Shown here piece by piece: positions 18,268 to 29,546 of a stretch of 35,220 bases of DNA. This stretch comes from a virus (taxonomy: Duplodnaviria; Caudoviricetes). Both the position numbers and the translations under genes were made by a program. The stretch spans positions 1 through 35,220 of the IMG/VR virus record IMGVR_UViG_3300020042_012435; one strand, given 5' to 3'. Below the pieces are notes generated by a model, which worked only from the letters and a program-made list of their open reading frames with translations, had not been told where the DNA came from and made no database searches. How positions within the stretch are numbered: position 1 is the stretch's first letter; the number at the start of each line of letters is the position of its first letter.

Positions 18268-18945
18268 TTATTTTTTCCAAATTGGTTTTTCCAATTTATA
18301 TTTTTCTTCAAAAACACGTTGATCATTATAACACATTTCCATTATCTCACTATTTGTTGATGTTCCATGTTCATCATTACACGTATAAAATTTTTCACCA
18401 AAGTAATTATAACATGGGTATTTACTATAAAAAACATTATAAGTATCACCACACCAATGTTTTAAATCCTCAGGTATAATTAATAAATTATCCTTATGAT
18501 TAAATTGTAACGCACCCCACCCACCATCAACATGCCATACTTCTCTTTCAAGAAAACCATAAACTGAAGGTTTGGTTTGGGTTTTACAATTAAATTGAGT
18601 TGGATGCATTCCTATAAATCCTGATTTAGGTCTAAGTTTATAAAAATGAAGAACATCATCTATAACAGAGGTTGGAAATAAGATATCATCACTACATAAA
18701 GCATAATAATGTGTTTTAATTAAACTAACTCCTAAATTCCAACCTCCATTACAAAATTTTTTTTCTTGAAAAGGTACAATTGTTACCTTATTAAAAAGAT
18801 TACCATGTTTAGGATCTAATACCCCAGGATCAGGACAATCCTCTATAATTAGAATTTCACTAACTAAGGGATGTGTATCTAAACTTCGTAATAATTGTAT
18901 TAGATGTTTAGACCTGTATACTGTAGGTATTATAAAACTAATCAT
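18268..18945 (-). CDS. Glycosyltransferase family 2-like
   Basis: ISFIIPT, WNLGV, CSDDILF, WCGD. Confidence 0.8.
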   Translation of the reverse strand: MISFIIPTVYRSKHLIQLLRSLDTHPLVSEILIIEDCPDPGVLDPKHGNLFNKVTIVPFQEKKFCNGGWNLGVSLIKTHYYALCSDDILFPTSVIDDVLHFYKLRPKSGFIGMHPTQFNCKTQTKPSVYGFLEREVWHVDGGWGALQFNHKDNLLIIPEDLKHWCGDTYNVFYSKYPCYNYFGEKFYTCNDEHGTSTNSEIMEMCYNDQRVFEEKYKLEKPIWKK

Positions 18946-19596
18946 TAATATTTTCTTTTTAAAATAGTAACCCCATGATTATTAGCGAATTTTTCATAAA
19001 CATACCAATTACGATTTGAATATAAAAATTCTTCAATCGCGGGCCAAATACCTTGAGTTCCACTCATGTCTTTAAAGTCATAAAACTGAGTATCATGGAA
19101 ACCAATATATTTTTTAGCTTTATCAGCATGGCGAATTAATTCACCTTTTACCTGATCATATGAGTGCCAAGTATCTAAAAACAAGAAGTCACATTCTTCA
19201 ATCTCATTTTCAAGAGTATTTTGTTGTCTAAATTCTAATTCAATACCCCACTGATTAGCTCCTTCAGTAGCTGTTTCTAATAATCTATCTCCCCAAATAT
19301 TAGGATGATCAATATCAATACAAACCATTTTTTTGCCTTGGCATAATCATATTATCTAATTCATTCCAACGATGATTAAATAAATGATCTTGCCAAATGT
19401 CTCTAGCGGGATCTGATAGACCCATTAAAAACCCATAAGTACCTACTACTGAACGAGTTCCCATTTCAATAATAGTATCACATTCTTTAGCATACTTTCT
19501 AAAAGTAGGTAAGTGTTCATAAATATCTGACCAGATATTTGGATTACTAAAATAGTAATATTTTTCGTCTAAAATTTTTCTGCGTTGTGGTTCCAT
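18945..19596 (-). pseudogene. Class I SAM methyltransferase split into two ORFs (19315-19596 and 18945-19328) by a one-base frameshift in an A7 run
   Basis: First ORF has SDIYEHLP and IIEMGTR (motif I); second has CIDI, DFLFLDTWH, GFHDT; removing one A at 19328-19334 fuses them as ...PRQKMVCIDI... Confidence 0.75.
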
Positions 19597-19599
19597 AAC

Positions 19600-19854
19600 T
19601 TATTTTTTTCCTTTTAACATTTGTATTGTTTTTTCTAAATAAAGAGCTAAATCCATTGCTTCTTCTTTAGCGTGTTGTAAATAATCTAGTACAGATAAAT
19701 CTGTTCTATCTAGAGTATTATTGTATTTAATTTTACCAAATTCAGCTCGTGAAATATGCTCATCAATAATTGAATCTACAATTGAGTCTGTTTTAATAAC
19801 TGTTCTTGTTTGGGGATGTTCTCCCCTAAGACCTAAATCGCTGTTTTTTGTCAT
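19600..19854 (-). CDS. Possible MazG-like all-alpha NTP pyrophosphatase
   Basis: KYNNTLDR...LQHAKEEAMDLALY (EExxD helix). Confidence 0.5.
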   Translation of the reverse strand: MTKNSDLGLRGEHPQTRTVIKTDSIVDSIIDEHISRAEFGKIKYNNTLDRTDLSVLDYLQHAKEEAMDLALYLEKTIQMLKGKK

Positions 19855-20270
19855 TGTATTTCTTTTAATAACTTTTTAATTTCTTTTTCATTAACACCTG
19901 CTTTTTCAAGAATATGTTCTACACCTTCTTTTTTAAGTATATAAACATAATCTTCTGCCTCCCCAAGTGATATTGTATAATGGTTAGCAATGTATTGTAA
20001 TATAGATTCGTTTGTTTTTTTACGTGAACTTTTCACGTACTTAAGGAAAACATTCTTTTTAGGTAACATATGGCAGTAGTATTTGTAGGTTTTTTCTTTT
20101 TCAGGATATGGTATCCTTTGGCCATAATTAGCAACCTCTGTATACCCTTCATACATACTAACAAAGCGATGAACCATGTAAGAATTAAACGATTCTTGCT
20201 GGCCTTCAGTAAATGATGACCAAGGTGTTTTATTAGTTGTGATTTCTTTTAGCCAATCAAATATTGTCAT
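19851..20270 (-). CDS. Clamp loader small subunit (T4 gp62-like)
   Basis: FDWL..I, FNSYMVHRFVS, KYVK, EAEDY; near the large subunit. Confidence 0.75.
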   Translation of the reverse strand: MTIFDWLKEITTNKTPWSSFTEGQQESFNSYMVHRFVSMYEGYTEVANYGQRIPYPEKEKTYKYYCHMLPKKNVFLKYVKSSRKKTNESILQYIANHYTISLGEAEDYVYILKKEGVEHILEKAGVNEKEIKKLLKEIQ

Positions 20271-20502
20271 CTTCGAATTCTGCTCTCAATTCTTTAGGAA
20301 GCAATTCTACTAATACTTTACCAGTGGCTACATCATAAAAACATGGAATTGGAATAACTCCATCTTCTTGGGTACCAGTTACAAAACGAGATACTTTACG
20401 TAAAATAACTCCTTCTGAGAATACTTGGTTGCCTTCAGGTGAGGCAATTGGTCTAGTGTTTTTGATGTCAATATTGACATTCATTGGTTTTTGATTATTC
20501 AT
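20257..20502 (-). CDS. Conserved-type hypothetical protein
   Basis: LRKVSRFVTGT..D..IPIP.FY; within the replication cluster. Confidence 0.7.
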   Translation of the reverse strand: MNNQKPMNVNIDIKNTRPIASPEGNQVFSEGVILRKVSRFVTGTQEDGVIPIPCFYDVATGKVLVELLPKELRAEFEDDNI

Positions 20503-20698
20503 TTTCTATTTCTTTTTTATGTTTACGCCATTCTAAATAAAATCCAGTTGCTACTAAAGCATTCATTCCAAATGAAGCTATAATTTCTTTAATGTCATCA
20601 TACACATTCATAGTTAGATGGACATGACCTACCATCCAAAAAGGAATAGATAGATTACTAGCAATCCAAATTACTAGAAAGTATATGAATTTTTTCAT
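20495..20698 (-). CDS. Small membrane protein
   Basis: Two hydrophobic segments; overlaps both neighbours. Confidence 0.65.
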   Translation of the reverse strand: MKKFIYFLVIWIASNLSIPFWMVGHVHLTMNVYDDIKEIIASFGMNALVATGFYLEWRKHKKEIENE

Positions 20699-21630
20699 AT
20701 AACTCGTTTACTTGAAATTAATGATAAAATTCTAGATATCAAAGCCATAATGTTAATTTCTTTATCAATTCTAAAATTAGCATGGTGTTGATATTCCTCA
20801 ATATAAATTATCACTTCACCTACACTTAATGGAGCATATTTTTCTACATTGTCATATAAGTATCTAAATAAATCTTCATAATCACTAACACCAGAATCAG
20901 CTACAATTTGTCTGATATTGTTAAATGATTTAGTATTTGGTTTAATTAGTTCTGCTAATACTTTTGTTTTGTAGTTACTAGATACTAATATATTTTTATC
21001 AATTAGAATTTCATCACCTGCTACACCCATTTGTAGTGTATTAAGCATTTTACGAATGTCAGGATAATATTGATTAACTACTAATTTTAAATCATCAGCT
21101 CCCATACCAACATTTTCATTTTTAAGAATGTCTATAATATGGTAAGCAATCTCTTGTTTAGATGGAGGTACAATTTTTAATACCTGGCAGCGTGATTGAA
21201 GAGGATCAATAATTCGCTCAATATAATTACAAGTTAAAATAAAACGAGTAGTACGAGCAAATGTTTCAATTATGTTTCTTAATGACGCTTGAGCTTGTAT
21301 AGTAAGAAAATCAGCTTCATCTAAAATAACTACTTTAAGAGGTTTAAATGAGGCAACAGATGAAAAACCTTGTACTTTGTCTCTGATAGTATCAATACCA
21401 CGTTCATCAGAAGCGTTAATGTAAAGAAAACTACAATCAAGATTATTAACAATTAGTTTAGCTAAAGTTGTTTTACCAGTACCTGCTGGACCATAGAAAA
21501 TAAAATTTTGAATATCATTTTGTCCTAGATATTTTGAAATAGTATTTTTAATCTGTTCATTACCTACATAAGAATCTAGGTTTGGGGAACGATATTTTTC
21601 AACCCATAAAGTATGTTCTTTAGAACTCAT
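20695..21630 (-). CDS. Clamp loader AAA+ subunit (RFC small / T4 gp44-like)
   Basis: WVEKYR, GPAGTGKT, INASDERG, LDEAD, SRC. Confidence 0.95.
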   Translation of the reverse strand: MSSKEHTLWVEKYRSPNLDSYVGNEQIKNTISKYLGQNDIQNFIFYGPAGTGKTTLAKLIVNNLDCSFLYINASDERGIDTIRDKVQGFSSVASFKPLKVVILDEADFLTIQAQASLRNIIETFARTTRFILTCNYIERIIDPLQSRCQVLKIVPPSKQEIAYHIIDILKNENVGMGADDLKLVVNQYYPDIRKMLNTLQMGVAGDEILIDKNILVSSNYKTKVLAELIKPNTKSFNNIRQIVADSGVSDYEDLFRYLYDNVEKYAPLSVGEVIIYIEEYQHHANFRIDKEINIMALISRILSLISSKRVI

Positions 21631-21880
21631 AGTCTCCGTATATTGAATATTTTTTAGGTTCTGGTTCTTGCATTTCTATATACTCAGTAGTAATCATATA
21701 TAAACTTCCATTCATAGGTTCAAGTCTAAATGCTTGAGGTTTCACAACAGCCACTTCATAATAAGCATTTAAAGCATCTGTTAATGAAGGTTGAATTTCT
21801 TTAACATTTATTACTTGCCATCTATCTCCAGGAGGCACTCTGTCCGCAATTTTAAAGTTTTTTTCTACGTTTTGTTTCAT
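21620..21880 (-). CDS. Hypothetical protein
   Basis: Coupled ORF. Confidence 0.65.
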   Translation of the reverse strand: MKQNVEKNFKIADRVPPGDRWQVINVKEIQPSLTDALNAYYEVAVVKPQAFRLEPMNGSLYMITTEYIEMQEPEPKKYSIYGDYEF

Positions 21881-22080
21881 AACTTAATTGATTTTTTCAT
21901 GTAAGGCAGTAGACTGTGATAGGAATAATTCACCATTGTTGTTTCATTAATTTTAGTTAAACCAAAATATAAATTAAAATTTTCATTAGCACCACTAGGT
22001 AAAAAGTATACTTTTACAATTTTATACTCTATGGTGTCAACAAGAATTGTTTTTCCTATTAAGTCTACTGCGTCTCGCAT
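21877..22080 (-). CDS. Hypothetical protein
   Basis: Coupled ORF. Confidence 0.6.
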   Translation of the reverse strand: MRDAVDLIGKTILVDTIEYKIVKVYFLPSGANENFNLYFGLTKINETTMVNYSYHSLLPYMKKSIKL

Positions 22081-22089
22081 AGTTTAAAT

Positions 22090-24007
<1,918 letters not shown>

Positions 24008-24010
24008 ATT

Positions 24011-24304
24011 TTAATAATTAGTGTTTTCAATTAATTTACTAACAATGTTTTGATAATTATCAACATACTCTTTTAATGAATTGTATGATTGATTGTTTGA
24101 TTTTGCTTTAGCAATACTTTTTACAGCACTACCTACTGAGCTGTGATGACTAATAATTTTATTAAATTCTTTAGTTGATTCAGTGTAACGTCTGTCTGGC
24201 GTTACTTTTAAATTTACTGTAACACAATAGTTATCCATTGTGATAAAATAAGGCTCCATTGCTGGATCAATAATAGTGTTTGTGTAATCTTTTTCAGTAC
24301 TCAT
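24011..24304 (-). CDS. Hypothetical protein
   Basis: ORF behind the promoter at 24309-24340. Confidence 0.7.
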   Translation of the reverse strand: MSTEKDYTNTIIDPAMEPYFITMDNYCVTVNLKVTPDRRYTESTKEFNKIISHHSSVGSAVKSIAKAKSNNQSYNSLKEYVDNYQNIVSKLIENTNY

Positions 24305-24308
24305 AATA

Positions 24309-24340
24309 TTAATATAACATTTTTTTCTTAGTTTTCCAAA
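24309..24340 (-). promoter_or_regulatory. Bacteroidota-type promoter
   Basis: TTTG-N20-TATATTAA; would drive the groES-groEL unit. Confidence 0.6.
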
Positions 24341-24522
24341 CTATCTTCTATAACTTGAGCTTCTTCTACTATCCTAACAAACCAAAACCACCCGTCTTTT
24401 CTAAATACATTAGTTGAATGAGTTAATATTCTAAATTTTTCAGTATCAATACCTGTATGTTCAGGAATAGTTCTTATCACTTGATATAGATCATCTTTAA
24501 CAGTTATAAATTTAGAACTCAT
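24328..24522 (-). CDS. Hypothetical protein
   Basis: Coupled to the clamp gene. Confidence 0.6.
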   Translation of the reverse strand: MSSKFITVKDDLYQVIRTIPEHTGIDTEKFRILTHSTNVFRKDGWFWFVRIVEEAQVIEDSLEN

Positions 24523-25262
24523 TATATTTCTTTTTGGATGATATAATATTCGCTTTTTAAGTTCCCACTGTCAAATTCTAATTTCATAACCCCTTCAAGA
24601 TTAATACTCATTTTACCACCTGCTACATCCTTATTACAGTACATAATTTCCTTAACCACATCTGAAAAATAATGAGCTTGGAAGTTATTAGGTAAGCTAT
24701 TAGTTTGAATATCAGATAAATAAAAAGATACTTTATTTAAATGCTCAATATTACCTCCAAACTGCATTTCTAATTGTAAATCACCATCATCGTTAGTGAA
24801 TGGTTTAAATACAACAGTATCACTTTCAGCTAAAGCAGATTTAGCTTTAACAATAGCGTTAATACTTTCATTATCTAAATCAGCAGTAATATTATAAATC
24901 CCATCACCAGCATAAGTCATAGGTTTAGGTATAATCATCAAATCAGCTAAAGCATAATTTGTTGTGAACTGATTATCTGAAATAATGAGTTTAGTTATTA
25001 ATTTATGTTGTTTTTGATACTCTAATTTTAAATAACCATTTGTAATACCAATCAGTTTGTTTAATTGAGATGTATTACTAATACCAATATCTGAATCTTC
25101 TAAATCAACTCCTTCATAAGTCACAGTACCAAGCATCGTTTCATTAGATGTTGTAAATCTGACTGTAAGTTTTTTGTCTTTAATTTCCCATTTGACAGCT
25201 TCATTCATTCCGTTCAAATAGTACTTGGAAATAATAGACACTAAATCCGCTTTATTAATCAT
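24522..25262 (-). CDS. DNA polymerase sliding clamp (gp45/PCNA-like)
   Basis: 246 aa, alternating beta/alpha pattern, directly downstream of PolB and near the clamp loader. Confidence 0.75.
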   Translation of the reverse strand: MINKADLVSIISKYYLNGMNEAVKWEIKDKKLTVRFTTSNETMLGTVTYEGVDLEDSDIGISNTSQLNKLIGITNGYLKLEYQKQHKLITKLIISDNQFTTNYALADLMIIPKPMTYAGDGIYNITADLDNESINAIVKAKSALAESDTVVFKPFTNDDGDLQLEMQFGGNIEHLNKVSFYLSDIQTNSLPNNFQAHYFSDVVKEIMYCNKDVAGGKMSINLEGVMKLEFDSGNLKSEYYIIQKEI

Positions 25263-25282
25263 AACTTGTTTATTATATATAT

Positions 25283-27877
25283 TTAATATTTAAAAAATTT
25301 ACTAACGTTTGTATTAAGAATAAGAGCACCCCATCCTAAATCTGAATATAATGACTCTAATTTGTTTTTCAAAACTGAATCAAACAAACCATCTCTATCA
25401 ATATATTTTTCTATAAATTCCATTAGTTCTGGAGGATCATTATAACCATTAAATCCAATAACATCAATTCTATAAGGATTAGCTTTTAAATAAGCAATAA
25501 ACATTTTATCTCCTATCTGGAAAGTAGGATATTTTTTATCTAAGTTTTTAAATCTTAAAATATCATTATAGTAAATAGCTGCTTTAGTATTGATAGGACA
25601 TTTTGATCCTAATTTAGAAAACACCTCACCAGCACGTGGAGGAGAAGCTAAATATTCACTCATTTTCTTTAAACCAGTAGGTTTAAGAATTTTCCTCCAA
25701 TCAATAGTTCTTAACTCAGTTCTAAAATCTAATACTTGTTTATCAATGTCTGCTTTAGGTTTACCAAACATAATTTCATTAATAATGTTTTCACCAAACT
25801 TTCTAAACAATGGTGGAAAGTTAGATTTCATTAGATCCAAACCTTTAACATCCAATTCATCTACAGGTACGCCTTCCTTGTTAACAATATGTTGGGCGTA
25901 TCTCCTCTTACCTGCAAAATAACCTCTATCAAGTACAACTTCTTGTTTTAGCTCAAAATAGTGAGTTGCTTTATCTCCTAAATTAAAAGCTGTTTTAGCA
26001 AAGTCACCAATAAATTCATTAGCCATTTTTTGCAATTCATTAGCTATAACCAATATTTTGTTAATAACATCTTCTCTATCATTAAAGTCAATATCTGGAT
26101 GTCTGGCTATTAATAAATCTTTACATTGAATAAATAGTGAGTCAGTATCACTAGTAACAATATAATCTTTAGGAGTTTTATTACCTAATTCTTTATTTAG
26201 GTATTCATTCATATTCCTAATACTTTCTTGTAATAGTCTTTGACCTGATAAAGTAATGGCTTTACTAATGAATTTATTTCCGTCTGTGTATCTCCAACCA
26301 TTTTGAGCAAACACACCATAAACGTCATTCAATTTAATTTTATAAGCATGTTGACGTCGGTCATAAAAGGCACCCATAACAGGATCATTATCTACCTTAT
26401 ATGCTTTTTTCATCAACTTCTTATACTCTTGTCGTTTAGCAAACCAGTCAGCTAAGATTTCACAAACTACACTTGATTTATCTTTTCTAAACAATACACC
26501 AGGAGCAGATACAATTAAATTATTTTTTTCAATAACATCAATAATCTCACCTACAGTTATTTCAGAGCGAGCTAATGTTCTATCTTTTCTAACTTTTTCA
26601 ATATAGATGATTTTATCTGGACTCATTGATTTGAGTTCTTTAAGTGACCATTGATTATCGTATTTATCTTTATTTACAATTCTACCTACTAATGTTTCAA
26701 TACCCATATTAAGAGAACGAATAATAGAAGGATACAGTGAAGTAAAGTCCAAATCAATAATCCATTCATATAAACCAGGTGTAGGATCTTTTAGATAACC
26801 ACCAGCATATTCTTCTTCTAATGTTCTTAATGCTGGATTGTAAGTTGTAGGTTTATTAGGTGAAACTATTCCTTTACGTTTTAAGTAAGTTAAAATAGCT
26901 CCTTCATTCAACATAGTTGAATAATAAATAGCCTCATACTCAGTATGACATAGGTGACCAATTGTAACTGTTAACTCAATAAACTTCATTCTGTTCTCAA
27001 GTTCAACAATGATCTCTACATCTCGTAAGTTATAATCAATAAATTTATGAGGATCTTCTTTAAACAATTTATCAAGTGAACCTTGATATTCTATCTTTTC
27101 TAACTTAGCATATTTTTTACCTATGTCTCCTAAACGATAAGATGGTTCTTGTTTCATAATATACTTTTTAAATAAAAGCATATAGTCAAGATGATTAATA
27201 CCTCCTAAATTAACTGGTTGGTCTGCAAATTGAGGAGTGAATTTAATTTTATTAATAGGAGATAAAGTAGCAGCTAATGTTTCACCTAATACTTTTTTAA
27301 TACGATAATACAAATAAGGAATATCAAAGAACCCACTATTCCAACCTGTGATAATAGTGGGATCAAGCTCATACCATTTATCTAAAAATCCACTTAATAG
27401 TTCTTTTTCAGTAGCATAAGGTATAATCTCTTTATTTTCTTCTTTGATGTCTTGAAGTGCTTTATCTTTGTCTAGAATTAAACAATAGTATTTTTTAGAG
27501 TTATGGTCATATAAAGCAACAGCTGTTATTTCACCTTTAGGATCTTTAATATTTTCCTCAGTTAAGGCTCCAGCAACAACACACTCAATATCTAAATAAA
27601 CAATATTATGAGATTTAGGAGTGTCGTCTGTTTCATAATAATGGTCTACTAAAAAACGAGTTAATTTATCAACATCTTTTTCATAGTACTTAGGATCTTT
27701 CCAATCATCCATCTTTTTGATTGGAGTTACTTTAGTACCTTCTAATGTTTCAAATTCACCATCAGGATCAGATTGGTATAAGGTAGGCCAATATTTAACT
27801 GTTTTGAACCCAGTCCATCTGTCATCCCTTAGGTAATATTGTTTTTCGTCTTTATCAAAGTATAAAGCTTGATACAT
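25283..27877 (-). CDS. Family B DNA polymerase with 3'-5' exonuclease
   Basis: YLDIE, GWNSGFFDIPY, YNLRDV, DFTSLYPS, KIKLNDVYG, SDTDS, KRRYA. Confidence 0.97.
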   Translation of the reverse strand: MYQALYFDKDEKQYYLRDDRWTGFKTVKYWPTLYQSDPDGEFETLEGTKVTPIKKMDDWKDPKYYEKDVDKLTRFLVDHYYETDDTPKSHNIVYLDIECVVAGALTEENIKDPKGEITAVALYDHNSKKYYCLILDKDKALQDIKEENKEIIPYATEKELLSGFLDKWYELDPTIITGWNSGFFDIPYLYYRIKKVLGETLAATLSPINKIKFTPQFADQPVNLGGINHLDYMLLFKKYIMKQEPSYRLGDIGKKYAKLEKIEYQGSLDKLFKEDPHKFIDYNLRDVEIIVELENRMKFIELTVTIGHLCHTEYEAIYYSTMLNEGAILTYLKRKGIVSPNKPTTYNPALRTLEEEYAGGYLKDPTPGLYEWIIDLDFTSLYPSIIRSLNMGIETLVGRIVNKDKYDNQWSLKELKSMSPDKIIYIEKVRKDRTLARSEITVGEIIDVIEKNNLIVSAPGVLFRKDKSSVVCEILADWFAKRQEYKKLMKKAYKVDNDPVMGAFYDRRQHAYKIKLNDVYGVFAQNGWRYTDGNKFISKAITLSGQRLLQESIRNMNEYLNKELGNKTPKDYIVTSDTDSLFIQCKDLLIARHPDIDFNDREDVINKILVIANELQKMANEFIGDFAKTAFNLGDKATHYFELKQEVVLDRGYFAGKRRYAQHIVNKEGVPVDELDVKGLDLMKSNFPPLFRKFGENIINEIMFGKPKADIDKQVLDFRTELRTIDWRKILKPTGLKKMSEYLASPPRAGEVFSKLGSKCPINTKAAIYYNDILRFKNLDKKYPTFQIGDKMFIAYLKANPYRIDVIGFNGYNDPPELMEFIEKYIDRDGLFDSVLKNKLESLYSDLGWGALILNTNVSKFFKY

Positions 27878-28374
27878 TATTTTTTATATGCTGTGTTTAA
27901 ACCTTGCCATTGACCATCATACTGTTCACCTACTTCTTCTACTCTCCAAAAGGCAATTTGAGCAATTCTAGCATCTTTTTCAATAATGATTGAATTATTA
28001 ACAATCATTGTGGTGTTCATAACCTCGCAATGAAAGCCTGGATCCCACCATGGTGATTCAATTTCTGTTCCTGTACGGTACAAAGATGAACGGTGAGTAA
28101 TCTTAGCAGCACAATCATCAGGTACTTTAATACCTTCATTAAATGTTACTGAGTAAACACCTTTTGATAGTCTCCAACAATCCTTACCATCAATTTTAAC
28201 TAATGGTTGTTCATGATAAAAAGCAGGGTCAATATGTGTTTTGTCTTTATAGACTACTGAACCCGCTGTGATCCATTCAATTTTTTGAACAGACAAGTCA
28301 ATACCAATTTGAGCTCGTTTTGAAAACTCAGATTCGATGACATAATTTGAAATTTGATTTGAATTTAATAACAT
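27877..28374 (-). CDS. Trimeric dUTPase / dCTP deaminase family protein
   Basis: GIDLS, HRSSLYRTG, WDPGF, RIAQI, YDGQWQG. Confidence 0.85.
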   Translation of the reverse strand: MLLNSNQISNYVIESEFSKRAQIGIDLSVQKIEWITAGSVVYKDKTHIDPAFYHEQPLVKIDGKDCWRLSKGVYSVTFNEGIKVPDDCAAKITHRSSLYRTGTEIESPWWDPGFHCEVMNTTMIVNNSIIIEKDARIAQIAFWRVEEVGEQYDGQWQGLNTAYKK

Positions 28375-28547
28375 TATTTCTTTAATTTATTTAGTATTTT
28401 GTCCCAAAACAAGTCTAGCTTGTCTTTTCTTGCTTTACATCCACAATCATCATAACCCATTTTTTTAGCTATGAATAAAGCAATTCGGTGGCCTTGTCCA
28501 AATGTAATAATACGAATTAATATTTCAACAATGCCACCTAGCTTCAT
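28374..28547 (-). CDS. Small DCGC-motif protein (57 aa, not in ORF track)
   Basis: MKLGGIVEILIRIITFGQG...GYDDCGCKARKDKLD...; TAATG coupling at both ends. Confidence 0.7.
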   Translation of the reverse strand: MKLGGIVEILIRIITFGQGHRIALFIAKKMGYDDCGCKARKDKLDLFWDKILNKLKK

Positions 28548-28798
28548 TAGATTTGATGTCCTCCATTGTTAATTTTCAAGCTATCGTCTTCTCCGTAGGT
28601 TTGTTCGTAGTATTCCCTGATATTCATTTCTCTTGAAATAAACCAATCAATGCAAAATTGAATCATTCTTTCCTTCTCCATTTCTTTGGCTTTGTTATAC
28701 CCAGTAATAAAAGCATTTCTTTCTGAATTACTGAATGGATAAAGTTTCATCGCTAATTCTGCAACATCCACTGCCGTTTGTTGTTTATTGTTTGTCAT
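28547..28798 (-). CDS. Hypothetical protein, MTNNKQQTA family (start revised to 28798)
   Basis: Shares a 27-bp identical start with 29215-29487. Confidence 0.65.
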   Translation of the reverse strand: MTNNKQQTAVDVAELAMKLYPFSNSERNAFITGYNKAKEMEKERMIQFCIDWFISREMNIREYYEQTYGEDDSLKINNGGHQI

Positions 28799-28802
28799 TG
28801 TT

Positions 28803-29108
28803 TTAGTTTTTTTTGTATTCATCCCATTCTTCTTTGGTCTGTGTTACATAAATGTGCTTAAATGTTTTACCACTCTCAGTCATAATGTAATAGTGAGTAT
28901 TTGATTCAAGTGGCATTTCTACTTGTTCTGAATAAATCATACCGATAACTTCAGGATTGAGCATGTGTTCATTCTTTGTTTTGGTGTGAAAATTCCATTC
29001 AGCAATAAAGTTTTCTTCATTGTTTTCTCTCATGACGATTCTAAAATAGTCGCCAATCCATTGATTTGTTTCTTCGGAGTTACTTCTCCATGTTCTTAGT
29101 GTGTACAT
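28803..29108 (-). CDS. Hypothetical protein
   Basis: YYIMTESGKTF C-terminal motif; lies between repeat copies. Confidence 0.7.
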   Translation of the reverse strand: MYTLRTWRSNSEETNQWIGDYFRIVMRENNEENFIAEWNFHTKTKNEHMLNPEVIGMIYSEQVEMPLESNTHYYIMTESGKTFKHIYVTQTKEEWDEYKKN

Positions 29109-29214
29109 ATATTTATTTATTTGTGTGTTTATTGTTTGTCATTGCTTAGATTTTGTTTTTAATTGTCCGTACCATTCTGAAAATTTCTTGTTCATATTAT
29201 TTTTTTATTGTTTG

Positions 29215-29487
29215 TCATTGCTCACCTCCTTGTATTTTGTTACGCATCCAACATGCACCACCTAAATATGATACATCATAAGGGTCAAATTCATCAAACT
29301 CCATACCATCCAACTCCATCATTTTTTTAATCTCCTCATCACTTGGTAGTTCAATAGATGTATACTTCATTTCTTCTAATAATTCTTCAGGAGTTACAAA
29401 ATACTCTCTATTTAGATTACCGATTATTTGTAACACTTGTTCTTCGGTGTATAGTTTCATTGCCGTTTGTTGTTTATTGTTTGTCAT
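29215..29487 (-). CDS. Hypothetical protein, MTNNKQQTA family
   Basis: KLYTEEQV and IELPSDEEI blocks; promoter at 29508-29539. Confidence 0.7.
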   Translation of the reverse strand: MTNNKQQTAMKLYTEEQVLQIIGNLNREYFVTPEELLEEMKYTSIELPSDEEIKKMMELDGMEFDEFDPYDVSYLGGACWMRNKIQGGEQ

Positions 29488-29507
29488 AACTTTTTATTTC
29501 TATACCG

Positions 29508-29539
29508 TAAATATACGAACATTATTTCAAAAAGCCAAA
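29508..29539 (-). promoter_or_regulatory. Bacteroidota-type promoter
   Basis: TTTGGC...TATATTTA, 20-nt spacer; would drive the cassette-dut-polB unit. Confidence 0.75.
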
Positions 29540-29546
29540 TCTGTTT

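Larger units (their letters stand above)
28772..29487 (-). repeat. Four direct repeats of ATGACAAACAATAAA (MTNNK), two extended to 27 bp
   Basis: Copies at 28772-28798 and 29461-29487 (27 bp identical), 29128-29142 and 29204-29218 (15 bp). Confidence 0.9.

Noticed and set aside
28772-29487. MTNNK repeats as a CRISPR array
   Set aside because: Irregular spacing from about 60 to 330 bp, repeats coincide with start codons, no palindrome, no cas genes
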